DNA from: an uncultured Solibacteraceae bacterium
Lineage (GTDB): Bacteria > Acidobacteriota > Vicinamibacteria > Vicinamibacterales > SCN-69-37
Direction: 5' to 3'
NCBI GenBank assembly: GCA_964573795.1
Contig: CAZNMF010000261.1
Span: 1 to 47,003 of the forward strand
DNA length: 47,003 nt
Notes under the pieces: generated by a model
The model's database searches: none
Told to the model about the DNA's origin: nothing
What the model saw: only the letters and a program-made list of their open reading frames with translations
Part shown: piece after piece, positions 1 through 11,685 of the stretch
How the letters are laid out: the number at the start of each line of letters is the position of its first letter
Position numbering within the stretch: position 1 is the stretch's first letter
Translations under genes and position numbers: made by a program

Positions 1-864
1 GAGGATGACCTGCGTCGACCGGTAGTTCTGCTCGAGCTTGACGATGTGCGCGTCGGGGAAGTCGCGCTCGAAATCGAGGATGTTGCGCAGGTCCGCGCCG
101 CGCCACTTGTAGATCGACTGGTCCGGATCGCCGACGACGCACAGGTTGCGATGGATCTCGGCAAGGCGGCGGATCAGGATGTACTGCGGCCGGTTCGTGT
201 CCTGATACTCGTCGACGAGGATGTACCGGAATCGACGCGCGTACGTCTCCCGCACGCGCTCGCTCGTCTCGACGAGCTCGACGGTCTTCAGCAGCAGGTC
301 GTCGAAGTCCAGCGCGCCGGCGTCCGACAGCGATCGCAGATAGGCCTCGTAGACGCGGCTGATCTGCTGGTCGCGCAGGCTCCAGCCCGACGTGCGCAGC
401 GTCTCCGGGGTCTCCATCCGGTTCTTGGCCTGGCTGATCCGCGACAGCGCCGCGCGCGGCTGGATGAACTTCTCGTCGACGTTCAGCTCCTTCATCGCGC
501 GTTTGACGACGGCGAGCTGGTCGGACGAGTCGTAGATGACGAAGTCGCGCGACAGGCCGAGCGCGGGCGCCTCGCGGCGCAGCAGACGGGCGCAGAGCGA
601 GTGGAACGTCGACAGCCAGATCTGGCGGCAGTCGCCCTCGAGCACGCGCTCGATGCGCTCGCGCATCTCCTCGGCAGCCTTGTTGGTGAACGTGACCGCC
701 AGCACTTCGCCGGGCTGCGCGAGCTGCGCGGCGATGATGTAGGCCATGCGGTAGGTGATGACGCGCGTCTTGCCCGACCCGGCGCCGGCCAGGATCAGGA
801 GCGGGCCCTCGGTGTGCAGGACCGCGTCGCGTTGAGCGGGATTGAGTGACGAGAGGAAGTCCAC
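1..864 (-). CDS. UvrD/PcrA/Rep-family ATP-dependent DNA helicase, N-terminal part (partial; continues beyond the left edge)
   Basis: Absent from the ORF track because it runs off the window. Reverse-strand translation from GTG at 864 gives VDFLSSLNPAQRDAVLHTEGPLLILAGAGSGKTRVITYRMAYII... (Walker A GSGKT). Further on come DEYQDTN, GDPDQSIYKWRGA and LEQNYRST helicase motifs. The frame stays open to position 1. Confidence 0.9.
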   Translation of the reverse strand, partial: MDFLSSLNPAQRDAVLHTEGPLLILAGAGSGKTRVITYRMAYIIAAQLAQPGEVLAVTFTNKAAEEMRERIERVLEGDCRQIWLSTFHSLCARLLRREAPALGLSRDFVIYDSSDQLAVVKRAMKELNVDEKFIQPRAALSRISQAKNRMETPETLRTSGWSLRDQQISRVYEAYLRSLSDAGALDFDDLLLKTVELVETSERVRETYARRFRYILVDEYQDTNRPQYILIRRLAEIHRNLCVVGDPDQSIYKWRGADLRNILDFERDFPDAHIVKLEQNYRSTQVIL

Positions 865-970
865 GGGAATCAGCTAATCACGACATTCTATTGGACGCCG
901 CGCGTGCGTCGTCGCAAGATACGCGCATGGCACGCGGAATCGTGCGGCCTGATAGGATTGAGGATTAGCC

Positions 971-2392
971 ATGGCTCGAACCCTCTTTCAGAAAGTCTGG
1001 GACGCGCACACCGTGCGCACGCTCCCGAACGGTCAGACCCAGCTCTACATCGGCCTTCATCTCGTCCACGAAGTGACCAGCCCGCAGGCGTTCGCCGAGC
1101 TGCGCGAGCGCGGCTGGACGGTCCGCGCGCCGCAGCGTACGTTCGCGACGATCGATCACATCGTGCCGACGCGCGCCCAGGCGCGGCCGTTCGCCGACGC
1201 GATGGCCGAGAGCATGACCGACGCGCTGGAGCGCAACTGCCGCGACTACGGCATCCAGTTCTTCGACCTCGCCAGCGGATCGCAGGGCATCGTGCACGTC
1301 ATCGGGCCGGAGATGGGCCTGACGCAGCCCGGCATGACGATCGCGTGCGGCGACAGCCACACGTCGACGCACGGCGCGTTCGGCGCCATCGCGTTCGGCA
1401 TCGGCACGTCGCAGGTGCGCGACGTGCTCGCGTCGCAGTGCCTCGCGCTCTCGCCGCTCAAGGTGCGCCGCATCGAGGTCAATGGCGCGCTGAAGCCGCG
1501 CGTCTACGCGAAGGACGTCATCCTGACGATCATCGGCCGTCTCGGCGTGAAGGGCGGCACGGGTTACGCGTACGAGTACGCCGGCGACGTGTTCGACCGC
1601 ATGACGATGGACGAGCGCATGACCGTGTGCAACATGTCGATCGAAGGCGGCGCGCGCGTCGGCTACGTCAATCCGGACGACACGACGTTCGAGTTCCTGC
1701 GCGGTCGCCGCTTCGCGCCGTCGGGCGCGGCGTTCGACAAGGCCGTCGCCTGGTGGCGCGGCATGGCGTCGGACGCGGGCGCGCCATACGACGATGTCAT
1801 TCGCCTGCAGGGCGAGGACATCGCGCCGACCGTGACCTGGGGCATCAATCCCGGACAGTCCGTCGGCGTGGGCGCACGGTTGCCAAAGCCCGACGACGTC
1901 ACGTCGCCCGAGCGTGCGGGCCTCACCGAGGCGCTCGACTTCATGGGCTTCCAGCCGGGACAGCCGATCGCCGGCACGCGCGTCGACGTCGCGTTCATCG
2001 GCTCGTGCACGAACGGCCGTCTGTCCGATCTCCGCGAAGCGGCGCACGTCGTGACCGGCCATCGCGTCGCGCCGCACGTGCGCGCGCTCGTCGTGCCCGG
2101 ATCGCAGAAGGTTGCGGTCGCGGCGGAGAAGGAAGGGCTCGATCAGATTTTCCGTGACGCCGGATTCGAATGGCGAGGCGCGGGCTGTTCGATGTGCCTG
2201 GCGATGAATCCCGATCGTCTCGAAGGCCGCGAGGTCTGCGCGTCGTCGTCGAACCGCAATTTCAAGGGCCGGCAGGGCAGCCCGACGGGCCGGACGTTGC
2301 TGATGAGCCCGGCGATGGTGGCGGCCGCGGCGGTTGCCGGCGAGGTCGTCGACATCCGGTCGTTCCCGATCAACGAGCCAGCGGCGGTCTGA
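971..2392 (+). CDS. leuC: 3-isopropylmalate dehydratase large subunit
   Basis: 473 aa. [15 protein letters not shown]... N-terminus, aconitase-family Fe-S cysteines ([19 protein letters not shown]) and [11 protein letters not shown] near the C-terminus. A GAGGA RBS precedes the ATG. Confidence 0.95.
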   Translation: MARTLFQKVWDAHTVRTLPNGQTQLYIGLHLVHEVTSPQAFAELRERGWTVRAPQRTFATIDHIVPTRAQARPFADAMAESMTDALERNCRDYGIQFFDLASGSQGIVHVIGPEMGLTQPGMTIACGDSHTSTHGAFGAIAFGIGTSQVRDVLASQCLALSPLKVRRIEVNGALKPRVYAKDVILTIIGRLGVKGGTGYAYEYAGDVFDRMTMDERMTVCNMSIEGGARVGYVNPDDTTFEFLRGRRFAPSGAAFDKAVAWWRGMASDAGAPYDDVIRLQGEDIAPTVTWGINPGQSVGVGARLPKPDDVTSPERAGLTEALDFMGFQPGQPIAGTRVDVAFIGSCTNGRLSDLREAAHVVTGHRVAPHVRALVVPGSQKVAVAAEKEGLDQIFRDAGFEWRGAGCSMCLAMNPDRLEGREVCASSSNRNFKGRQGSPTGRTLLMSPAMVAAAAVAGEVVDIRSFPINEPAAV

Positions 2393-2420
2393 CGCCTTTC
2401 AGGAAGCGAGACATTGAGCC

Positions 2421-3032
2421 ATGAGCCAGTCTTCCAAGATCACGCGCGTCGAGGGACGCGGCGTCGTCGTGCGCGGCGACGACATCGACACCGATCGCAT
2501 CATCCCCGCGCGGTTTCTCAAGACGATCACGTTCGAGGGCCTCGAGCAGCACCTGTTCGAGGACGACCGCAAGCAGCTTGCCGAGCGGGGCACGACGCAC
2601 GCGATCGATCAGCCGGCATTCCAGGGCGCGCGGATCCTGTTCGTCGGATCGAACTTCGGCTGCGGATCGTCGCGCGAGCACGCGCCGCAGGCGATCGCGC
2701 GCTGGGGCATCGGCGCGATCGTCGGCGTGTCGTTCGCCGAGATCTTCTTCGGCAACTCGCTGATGATCGGCCTGCCGTGCGCCACGGTGACGCCGGATCA
2801 GATCGAGAAATTGATGGCCGTCGTCGAGGCCGATCCGTCCGTCACGTGCGCCGTCGATCTTTCCGCCAAGACGATCTCTGCCGGCCTGGTCACGGTGCCG
2901 CTCGGCATGCCCGAGGCCGTGCGATCCGCGCTGATGTCCGGCGGCTGGGACGCGACGGCGCTGCTCGTCGATCACTACGAGCAGGTCGAGCAGGTCGCGG
3001 CGAACCTGCCGTACGTCTCTGGCTGGCGCTGA
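2421..3032 (+). CDS. leuD: 3-isopropylmalate dehydratase small subunit
   Basis: 203 aa with the GSNFGCGSSREHA aconitase swivel-domain motif. Lies 28 nt downstream of leuC. Confidence 0.93.
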   Translation: MSQSSKITRVEGRGVVVRGDDIDTDRIIPARFLKTITFEGLEQHLFEDDRKQLAERGTTHAIDQPAFQGARILFVGSNFGCGSSREHAPQAIARWGIGAIVGVSFAEIFFGNSLMIGLPCATVTPDQIEKLMAVVEADPSVTCAVDLSAKTISAGLVTVPLGMPEAVRSALMSGGWDATALLVDHYEQVEQVAANLPYVSGWR

Positions 3033-3036
3033 AAAG

Positions 3037-3085
3037 GACGCCGGACCTTGCCCTTCGGAGCGCCGGACCTTCAGGTCCGGCGTCC
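3037..3085. terminator. GC-rich hairpin between convergent leuD and the LysR gene, with an alternative longer pairing
   Basis: CGCCGGACC(3061-3069)-TTCA-GGTCCGGCG(3074-3082) is a perfect 9-bp stem. An upstream direct-repeat copy GGACGCCGGACCT(3037-3049) can alternatively pair with AGGTCCGGCGTCC(3073-3085). No U-tract. The loop contains the LysR stop codon. Confidence 0.45.
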
Positions 3086-4009
3086 CTTCACCGTCTTCTT
3101 CGTCTCACCCGCTCCCGGCGACGAGGTCTGCTCGCCGAACGTCCGCGCGACTTCAAGAAACGCGCGCGCCGCGTGCGACAACGCCGTGTCTCGACGATGA
3201 ACCAGCCGCACCTGCCGCGGCGATCGCAGATCGGGCACCTGCACTTCGACGAGATCGCCTCGCGCGATTTCCGCCAGCGCGCAGCGGCGCGGCAGCAGCG
3301 CGACGCCCAGTCCCATCTCCACCGCGCGCTTGATGCCGTCGAGGCTCGGCAGCGCCAGCTTGATGTTGAGCGGCGCATGCCGCTGCTCGTACATCTGCAG
3401 CACGCGATCGCGCATCGGCGACGGATCGTTGTGCGCAATGACGGTCTGCTGGCCCATCTCTTCCATCGAAATGCGATCGCGGCCGGCGAGCGGGTGATCG
3501 GGCCGCACGAGCAGGACGAGCTCGTCGACGGCGACGACGATCGACTGCAGCTCGCGCTCGGGCGGATTGAACGTCAGGACGCCGAGGTCGACGGATCGCA
3601 GCAGGACTTCCTGGGCCATCTGCCGCGCCGCGAGGCGGCGCACGTCGACGACGATCCCGGGATACTGCTGCTGAAATGCGGCGACGAGGGGCAGGACGGC
3701 ATAGACGCCGCCGTCGTTCGCGCCGACGAGGACGCGTCCCTGGCGCACCTCGCGGAGGGCGCCAACCGCCATCGAGGCCTCGTTGGCCAGGTGCAGCAGG
3801 CGCGTCCCGTAATCGAGCAGCAGCTGGCCCGCATCGGTCAGCGTCCCGTCGCGCGAGGAGCGGTCGATCAGGCGCTCGCCGGCGGCGGCTTCGAGCCGCC
3901 GGATCGCCTGGCTGACGGCCGGCTGCGTGCGCCGCAGCTTGCGCGCGGCTCTGGAGAAGCTGCGCTCTGCAGCAACGGCGCAAAACACGCGCAAATCCTC
4001 GAACGTCAT
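3071..4009 (-). CDS. LysR-family transcriptional regulator
   Basis: 312 aa. N-terminal [43 protein letters not shown] followed by a LysR substrate-binding-like region. Divergent from the LeuA-like gene. Confidence 0.9.
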   Translation of the reverse strand: MTFEDLRVFCAVAAERSFSRAARKLRRTQPAVSQAIRRLEAAAGERLIDRSSRDGTLTDAGQLLLDYGTRLLHLANEASMAVGALREVRQGRVLVGANDGGVYAVLPLVAAFQQQYPGIVVDVRRLAARQMAQEVLLRSVDLGVLTFNPPERELQSIVVAVDELVLLVRPDHPLAGRDRISMEEMGQQTVIAHNDPSPMRDRVLQMYEQRHAPLNIKLALPSLDGIKRAVEMGLGVALLPRRCALAEIARGDLVEVQVPDLRSPRQVRLVHRRDTALSHAARAFLEVARTFGEQTSSPGAGETKKTVKGRRT

Positions 4010-4118
4010 CGTCGGACCTCGCGGCCGTCAGTCTGGCCTGCCAATAAGCATATCGACTAGTAATCTAAACATCATAATCTTGACTTTGGGGCCCGACGGG
4101 CGCGACACTGGCAGTCCC
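4010..4118. promoter_or_regulatory. Divergent promoter/operator region between the LysR gene and the leuA-like gene
   Basis: A locally AT-rich stretch (ccaataagcatatcgactagtaatctaaacatcataatcttgacttt) stands out in a GC-rich genome. It contains an ACTAGT palindrome and a TTGACT -35-like hexamer at 4080-4085. No transcription start is proven. Confidence 0.4.
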
Positions 4119-5288
4119 ATGTCAGATCGACTGGTCATTTTCGACACGACGCTGCGCGACGGTGAGCAGGCCCCGGGCTTCTCGATGCGGATTGACGAGA
4201 AGATCCGCCTGGCGCGGCAGCTCGAGACGCTCGGCGTGGACATCATCGAGGCGGGGTTTCCGATCTCGTCGGAAGACGATGCGGAGGCCGTCAAGCGGGT
4301 CGCCCAATCGGTTACGGAGCCCGTCGTGGCGGCGCTGGCGCGCTGCGCGACGGGCGACGTTGACAAGGCCGGCGCCTCCATCGCCCCCGCGCGCCGCGGC
4401 CGGATTCACACCTTCATCGCGACCTCCGACCTCCACCTCAGCCGAAAGCTTCGCATGACGCGCGAGGCCTGCCTCGAGCGCGCCGTCGACGCGGTCACGC
4501 GCGCGCGCGGCTTCACCGACGACGTCGAGTTCTCGGCCGAGGACGCGACGCGCAGCGATCCGGATTTCCTGTGCCGCGTCGTGGAGGCCGTGATCAAGGC
4601 GGGGGCGACGACGGTCAACCTGCCGGACACCGTCGGCTACTCGACGCCGGACGAGATCGGGCGCTTCTTTCGCGACGTCATCACGCGCGTGCCGAACAGC
4701 GACAAGGCGATCTTCAGCGCGCACTGCCACGACGATCTCGGCCTGGCGGTCGCGAACACGATCGCGGCGATTCAGGCCGGTGTGCGGCAGGTGGAGTGCA
4801 CGATCAACGGCATCGGCGAGCGCGCGGGGAACGCGTCACTCGAAGAGATCGTGATGATCACGCACGTGCGGCCGGATCTCCTGCCGGTGAAGTCGCAGGT
4901 GAAGACGCCGCATCTGTTCGAAAGCAGCCAGATGTTGACGGAGATCACCGGCCAGCGCGTGCAGGCGAACAAGGCCATCGTGGGGCGCAACGCGTTCGCG
5001 CACGAGGCCGGCATCCATCAGGACGGCATGCTGAAAGATCGCCGGACGTACGAGATCATGCGGCCGGAAGACGTCGGGGCGCCGGCGAGCTCGCTCGTGC
5101 TCGGCAAGCACTCGGGCCGCCACGCCGTGCAGACGGCGTGCGAGCGGCTCGGGCTCACGTTGTCACGGCGCGACGTCGACGAGGTGTACCGCCGCATGAC
5201 GACCCTCGCCGACCAGCAGAAGCACATCTCGGACGACGACCTGCTCGCGATCGCGAATCAGGTGTGCGGCGCCACGGCCGCGCGGTAG
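4119..5288 (+). CDS. 2-isopropylmalate synthase / homocitrate synthase family protein, short form lacking the C-terminal LeuA regulatory domain
   Basis: The ATG at 4119 gives [48 protein letters not shown]... (HMGL-like catalytic domain), later [13 protein letters not shown] and HEAGIHQDG. Length is 389 aa, against roughly 510-520 aa for canonical LeuA. The ORF-track start at 3927 overlaps the LysR gene and is unlikely. Confidence 0.85.
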   Translation: MSDRLVIFDTTLRDGEQAPGFSMRIDEKIRLARQLETLGVDIIEAGFPISSEDDAEAVKRVAQSVTEPVVAALARCATGDVDKAGASIAPARRGRIHTFIATSDLHLSRKLRMTREACLERAVDAVTRARGFTDDVEFSAEDATRSDPDFLCRVVEAVIKAGATTVNLPDTVGYSTPDEIGRFFRDVITRVPNSDKAIFSAHCHDDLGLAVANTIAAIQAGVRQVECTINGIGERAGNASLEEIVMITHVRPDLLPVKSQVKTPHLFESSQMLTEITGQRVQANKAIVGRNAFAHEAGIHQDGMLKDRRTYEIMRPEDVGAPASSLVLGKHSGRHAVQTACERLGLTLSRRDVDEVYRRMTTLADQQKHISDDDLLAIANQVCGATAAR

Positions 5289-5300
5289 ATCTCGACTCTC

Positions 5301-5321
5301 GGGCCGCCACAAGCGCGGCCC
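5301..5321. terminator. Short GC hairpin between convergent leuA-like and glmS genes
   Basis: GGGCCGC(5301-5307)-7 nt loop-GCGGCCC(5315-5321). No U-tract. Confidence 0.3.
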
Positions 5322-5368
5322 CTACGGCTGGACGTGAGCCCGGCGGCGACCGTCGACGGAGCTCCTGC

Positions 5369-7216
<1,848 letters not shown>

Positions 7217-7218
7217 GA

Positions 7219-8652
7219 TCAGTGCTTCTCCTTCTTGCGTGCGGCTCGTCGCGCCGTGGCCCAGCCGGTCTTGTTCGTCTGCCGCGCTCGCGCCACGGCG
7301 AGCGCGTCCGGTGGCACGTCGCTGGTGATCGAGGAGCCGGCCGCGACGTACGCGCCTCGGCCAATCGTCACCGGCGCCACCAGTTGCGAGTCGCTGCCGA
7401 CGAAGACGTCGTCTTCGATGATCGTCTGGTGCTTGGCGGCGCCGTCGTAGTTGCAGGTGATGACGCCGGCGCCGACGTTGACCTGCGCCCCGATCGTCGC
7501 GTCGCCGAGATACGCAAGGTGGCTGGCTTTCGAGCCGGGGCCCAGGGACGTCTTCTTCAGCTCGACGAAGTTGCCGACCTTCGCGCCGGGACCGACGACG
7601 GATTCCGGCCGCAGATGCGCCATCGGCCCCACCGACGCGCCGGCCTGGATCTCGGAGTCGGTCACGATTGAATGATCGAGGATGGTGACGCCGTCGCCGA
7701 GCGTGGCGTTGGTCAGACGGCAGCCGGCGTGGACGTGACACCCTCGCCCGATCGTCGTCGCGCCCGTGATGACGACGTTCGGTCCGAGCGTCGTGTCTTC
7801 GCCGATGAGGACGCCCGCCTCGACGTACGTCGTCGCCGGATCGACGAGCGTCACGCCGCCGAGCATCAGCGCGCGACGCGTGCGATCGAAGAGCACGCGG
7901 CCGAGATCGGCGAGATCGACGCGCGAGTTCACGCCTCGGATTTCCGCCGTGTCGTTCAGGCACAGCGTTTCGACGGTGCGGCCAGCGCGACGATAGGCGG
8001 CGACGAGATCGGTCAGGTAGTACTCGCCCTGCGCGTTGTCCGTCGCCAGCGCGTGCAACGCATCGAAGAGGCCCGAGAGCGAGAACACGTAGATGCCACT
8101 GTTGATTTCGCGGATCGCGCGCTCGTCGGCCGAGGCGTCATGCTCTTCGACGATGCGCGCGATGACGCCGACGGCGTCGCGAACGATGCGGCCGTAGCCG
8201 TACGGATCGGCGAGCTCCGCGGTCAGGACGGTGGCCGCAGCGCTCGCGGCGCGATGACGCTCGAGCAACAGCTCGAGCGTCGACGGCTGCAGCAGCGGCA
8301 CGTCTCCGTAGAGCAGCAGCACCAGTCCTTTGGAGCGGCTCAGCACGGACTCCGCCTGCAGCAACGCATGTCCCGTCCCGAGCTGCGGCGACTGGACGAC
8401 GAACTGCAGGCCGGGACGCGCGGCGAGCGCCTCGCGTACTTGCTCGGCGCCGTGGCCGACGACGACCGTCGTGCTGGCGGCGCGAAGGCTGCTGGCGGTT
8501 TGCAGCACGTGCTCGATGATGGGACGGCCGGCCAGCCGGTGCAGGACTTTGGGCAGCGCAGACTTCATGCGCGTGCCTTTGCCGGCCGAGAGGATGACGA
8601 TGTGCAGATCGGTCATGAGGGCGGGGCGGTCCGGCAGGACCGCTCGCCCCAT
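7219..8652 (-). CDS. glmU: bifunctional UDP-N-acetylglucosamine pyrophosphorylase / glucosamine-1-phosphate N-acetyltransferase
   Basis: [22 protein letters not shown] nucleotidyltransferase motif and a C-terminal left-handed beta-helix hexapeptide region. The stop lies 2 nt before the glmS ATG. The start may instead be the internal ATG at 8616 (MTDLHIVIL...). Confidence 0.93.
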   Translation of the reverse strand: MGRAVLPDRPALMTDLHIVILSAGKGTRMKSALPKVLHRLAGRPIIEHVLQTASSLRAASTTVVVGHGAEQVREALAARPGLQFVVQSPQLGTGHALLQAESVLSRSKGLVLLLYGDVPLLQPSTLELLLERHRAASAAATVLTAELADPYGYGRIVRDAVGVIARIVEEHDASADERAIREINSGIYVFSLSGLFDALHALATDNAQGEYYLTDLVAAYRRAGRTVETLCLNDTAEIRGVNSRVDLADLGRVLFDRTRRALMLGGVTLVDPATTYVEAGVLIGEDTTLGPNVVITGATTIGRGCHVHAGCRLTNATLGDGVTILDHSIVTDSEIQAGASVGPMAHLRPESVVGPGAKVGNFVELKKTSLGPGSKASHLAYLGDATIGAQVNVGAGVITCNYDGAAKHQTIIEDDVFVGSDSQLVAPVTIGRGAYVAAGSSITSDVPPDALAVARARQTNKTGWATARRAARKKEKH

Positions 8653-8654
8653 GA

Positions 8655-9398
8655 TTATCGATCCAGGTGGGGCCGTCGCTGGCGCCGGGCGCCAGATTGT
8701 GCAGAAATCGGCGCGTCAATGAGCTGCTGGAACGGCGCGAGATCGCGCAGGGGCTCGAAATCCGCATCGTGCCGGGCCTGCGCACGAACGTCCGGGCTCA
8801 CGTCCATCGCCCGCCTGAGCCACGCGAGCGCCTCATCCGCGTCGCCGCGCCTCGCGTTGACCGCGGCGAGGAGGTACAGCGCGAGATCGTGATCCGGCGA
8901 GGCGGCGAGCACGTCACGCGCCAGCCGCTCGGCGTCCGCATCGCGGCCGTCGTTGAGCGCGGCGGTCGCGGCCGTCACTTTCTCCTCGGGCGTGATGGGG
9001 GCCGACGGGCGCCGCTGAATCTCCCGTTCGCACAGGTCGAGATAGACGCGGGCCCGGTCGAGCAGCGCACGTTCGGAAGGAAATGCGTCGAGCAGAGCCC
9101 TGAAATGGCTGGCGGCCTGTGCGTATTGATGTCGCTGCATGGCTTCGACCGCCGCCTGGAACAGCACGACGGCCTCCGCATTCGGGCCGAGCAGCGACTG
9201 ATGCGGGGCCACCAAAGGCACCCGCGTCGCGAGCCCGGCCGATGCCGCACTCGTCGTCCGCAACGGCTTGGCGAGGGGCCGCGACACAGGGTCGCGACGA
9301 CGAGCCGTGCGAGCCGGCTTGGGCTGCGAGGGTCTGGCCATCCGAGAATCGGCCTCCAGCGTGTCGTGGGGGGAAGACCCGCGGGCCAACGCTAGCAA
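8655..9398 (-). CDS. TPR-like repeat protein (hypothetical)
   Basis: 247 aa. Basic, Pro/Arg-rich N-terminus followed by helical repeat segments (FQAAVEAMQRHQYAQAASHFRALLDAFP..., AERLARDVLAASPDHDLALYLLAAVNARRGDADEALAWLRRAM). The stop lies 2 nt from the glmU ORF start. The start codon is uncertain (alternative MARPSQ...). Confidence 0.6.
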   Translation of the reverse strand: MLALARGSSPHDTLEADSRMARPSQPKPARTARRRDPVSRPLAKPLRTTSAASAGLATRVPLVAPHQSLLGPNAEAVVLFQAAVEAMQRHQYAQAASHFRALLDAFPSERALLDRARVYLDLCEREIQRRPSAPITPEEKVTAATAALNDGRDADAERLARDVLAASPDHDLALYLLAAVNARRGDADEALAWLRRAMDVSPDVRAQARHDADFEPLRDLAPFQQLIDAPISAQSGARRQRRPHLDR

Positions 9399-9414
9399 AA
9401 GGCCGGCGAGATGG

Positions 9415-10278
9415 TCAAGACGTGGCGTCTTCCGCGCGCTTGGCCGAAAAACGCGCCTGTTTCAGTGCTTTCCTGACCTGCCGTTCGTGCAATCCGAGAA
9501 TCGCCGCGGTCGCCACGATTCCAGCGTTTTGATCCTGAATCACATGTTCTGTTATCAGGCCAAAAATATTGGCTACCTCTGAAGCCATTGCCTCTGTTGC
9601 CGTCTCGTCACGTGGGCCAATGATGACCACGTATTCACCCCTGTCATCCGGCTGCTTAGCCTCGCTATGGCTTGAGTTTCGTTTGTAGACCAAATTTTCG
9701 TTTATCTTAGACATCTCTCTCGCATACAAAATAGGTCTATTGACAAAAAATAGGTCCGCGTCTGCGCGAGTTCGTTGGATACGGTGTGGCGCCTCGAAAA
9801 AGACGATCGCTCGAGACTCTGACTGCAGCTCTTCGAACCACGCCGTACGTGCCGACCCGGAAGGCGGAGGGAACCCGGCAAAGACGAATCCCGCCTCTCC
9901 GGCGAGCCCGGAGACTGAGAGGGCCGCCGTGATGGCGCTCGGGCCTGGCACCGGCACGATCTTGATGCCGGCCGCGCGTGCCGTCCGCACGAGCAACTGG
10001 CCGGGATCCGAGATGCCTGGCGTACCGGCGTCCGAGACCAGGGCGATCGACTCGCCGCGCGTCAGGCGTTCGACGAGGCGCGGCGATTCACGCGCCTCGT
10101 TGTGCTCGCGGAGACTGACGAGCGGCTTGCGCACGTCGTAGTGGGCGAGCAGCCGGCTGGTTCGTCGTGTGTCTTCAGCGGCGATGAGGTCGACTTCGCG
10201 CAAGGTGCGCAAGGCCCGGAATGTCAGGTCCTCGAGATTGCCGATGGGCGTCGCGACCACGAACAGGGTGCCGGGCAT
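9415..10278 (-). CDS. rsmI: 16S rRNA (cytidine1402-2'-O)-methyltransferase
   Basis: 287 aa. MPGTLFVVATPIGNLEDLTFRALRTLREVDLIAAEDTRRTSRLL is the typical RsmI tetrapyrrole-methylase-fold N-terminus. A C-terminal HTH-like tail is present. The 3' third is conspicuously AT-rich (see findings). Confidence 0.9.
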   Translation of the reverse strand: MPGTLFVVATPIGNLEDLTFRALRTLREVDLIAAEDTRRTSRLLAHYDVRKPLVSLREHNEARESPRLVERLTRGESIALVSDAGTPGISDPGQLLVRTARAAGIKIVPVPGPSAITAALSVSGLAGEAGFVFAGFPPPSGSARTAWFEELQSESRAIVFFEAPHRIQRTRADADLFFVNRPILYAREMSKINENLVYKRNSSHSEAKQPDDRGEYVVIIGPRDETATEAMASEVANIFGLITEHVIQDQNAGIVATAAILGLHERQVRKALKQARFSAKRAEDATS

Positions 10279-10332
10279 AGGCGTGAGCAGCCGAGTCGAT
10301 TATCTATAATGGCGTGTCGGACGGACTAGCTG

Positions 10333-10650
10333 ATGCCTCTCTACGAATATCTCTGCACGTCGTGCGGCCATCGGTTCGAGCGCATCCAGAAGTTCTCTGA
10401 TCCGCCAGTCACGGAATGCCCCTCGTGCCGCGGCCGCGTCGAAAAGCAGATCTCGTCGCCGGCGATTCAGTTCAAGGGCGCCGGCTGGTATGTGACCGAC
10501 TACGCCAAATCGGGAGCGTCAGGCTCGAGCGGAGACAAGGCGAAGACGGACACGGCCGGCGCCAGCAAGACTGGCGACTCGACCAAGAGCGAGTCGACGC
10601 CCAAGGCCGACGCCCCGGCGGCCAAGCCGACGACCACCGAATCCAAGTAG
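10333..10650 (+). CDS. FmdB-family zinc-ribbon protein
   Basis: MPLYEYLCTSCGHRFERIQKFSDPPVTECPSCRG.VEKQISSP (CxxC...CxxC) followed by a low-complexity Ser/Thr/Lys tail. A perfect TATAAT sits at 10305-10310 upstream. Confidence 0.85.
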   Translation: MPLYEYLCTSCGHRFERIQKFSDPPVTECPSCRGRVEKQISSPAIQFKGAGWYVTDYAKSGASGSSGDKAKTDTAGASKTGDSTKSESTPKADAPAAKPTTTESK

Positions 10651-10660
10651 CGCGCCGAGC

Positions 10661-11533
10661 CTATCTCGGCAGCGAATCGAGGTACTTGCGAAGCGGCTCG
10701 GCCAGCTCCGGCCGCTGCAGCGCGAAGTGGATCACGGCCTTCAGAAAGCCGAGCTTGTTGCCGGTGTCGTGACGCACGCCTGTGACCTCACAGGCGTAAA
10801 TCTCGCGCTTGGCCAGCAGACGCTTCAGGCCGTTGGTCAGCTGAATCTCGCCCGACTTGACGGAGCCGGCCTCGTCGACGAGCGCGTCGAAGATGTCGGG
10901 CGTGAGGATATAGCGGCCGATGATCGCGAGATCCGACGGCGCTTCCTGCGCCGACGGCTTCTCGACCAGGTCCGTCACCCGGTAGACGCCGGGCTTGACC
11001 GGCTCGTACGCGATGACGCCGTAGCCGGAAATCTGCTGTTTCGGGACGCGCTCGACGAGGACGACCGGTCCCTGCACCTCGTCGAAGATCCGGATCATCT
11101 GCGCCAGCGCCGACGGCGTCGCGTCGATCACATCGTCGGCCAGGATGACGGCGAACGGCTCGTGGCCGACGAGCGGCCGCGCCGTCAGCACGGCGTGTCC
11201 GAGGCCGAGCGGCTCGCCTTGCCGCACGTACGCGAGATGCTTGACGAGATTGGAGATCGATCGGACTTCAGCGGCCTGATCGCGCTTGCCGCGCGTCTCG
11301 AGGAACGTCTCGAGCTCGATCGAGACGTCGAAGTGATCCTCGATCGCGTTCTTCCCGCGGCCCGTGACGATGACGATGTCGTCGACGCCGGCGGATTTGG
11401 CCTCCTCGATGCCGTATTGGATGATCGGCTTGTCGACGAGCGGCAGCATCTCCTTCGGCTGCGCCTTCGTGGCCGGAAGAAAGCGCGTGCCGAGTCCGGC
11501 CGCGGGAAAGACTGCCTTGCGAACGCTGGGCAC
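10661..11533 (-). CDS. galU: UTP--glucose-1-phosphate uridylyltransferase
   Basis: GTG at 11533 is preceded by GAAGGAG with 5-nt spacing. The product VPSVRKAVFPAAGLGTRFLPATKAQPKEMLPLVDKPIIQYGIEEA... is 290 aa. The 404-aa ORF-track version carries an Arg/Pro-rich N-terminal extension that is unlikely to be real. Confidence 0.9.
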   Translation of the reverse strand: MPSVRKAVFPAAGLGTRFLPATKAQPKEMLPLVDKPIIQYGIEEAKSAGVDDIVIVTGRGKNAIEDHFDVSIELETFLETRGKRDQAAEVRSISNLVKHLAYVRQGEPLGLGHAVLTARPLVGHEPFAVILADDVIDATPSALAQMIRIFDEVQGPVVLVERVPKQQISGYGVIAYEPVKPGVYRVTDLVEKPSAQEAPSDLAIIGRYILTPDIFDALVDEAGSVKSGEIQLTNGLKRLLAKREIYACEVTGVRHDTGNKLGFLKAVIHFALQRPELAEPLRKYLDSLPR

Positions 11534-11685
11534 TGGGGCTCCTTCGAAACTGCCGGCGACTGCACGTCGTGGCCCGGGCGGCGCGACGCCCGCGCCGGAC
11601 CTGCCTGAGATCCCTCTATCGGCAAGCGCGCTGAGCCTTGCATCGTATCGCAGGGACTCCGCGCCGCGGTATAGCATGAAGGGCC

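Noticed and set aside
865-970. I looked for a leucine leader/attenuator, T-box or riboswitch upstream of leuC. I did the same upstream of serS (11534-11685) and for a glmS ribozyme.
   Set aside because: There is no Leu-codon-rich leader peptide and no T-box specifier or terminator architecture. glmS is translationally juxtaposed to glmU, which leaves no room for a ribozyme. Only weak 7-bp inverted repeats are present.
2414-4060. Very long ORFs antisense or out of frame to recognisable genes. Examples are 2414-4060(+), 6038-7450(+), 11185-13038(-), 14034-15899(+), 15993-17729(-), 19085-21061(+), 21024-22553(+), 25860-28499(-), 25862-28045(+), 28555-30567(+), 31152-32996(-), 36384-37613(-) and 37541-39271(-).
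   Set aside because: They are Arg/Ala/Pro/Gly-rich with low complexity and no recognisable motifs. Each overlaps a gene with clear family signatures. They are the expected stop-codon-poor artefacts of a high-G+C genome.
3927-4118. The upstream start of the leuA-like ORF (453-aa version).
   Set aside because: It would overlap the divergent LysR gene and traverse the AT-rich intergenic promoter region. Homology-like sequence begins at [17 protein letters not shown] (ATG 4119).
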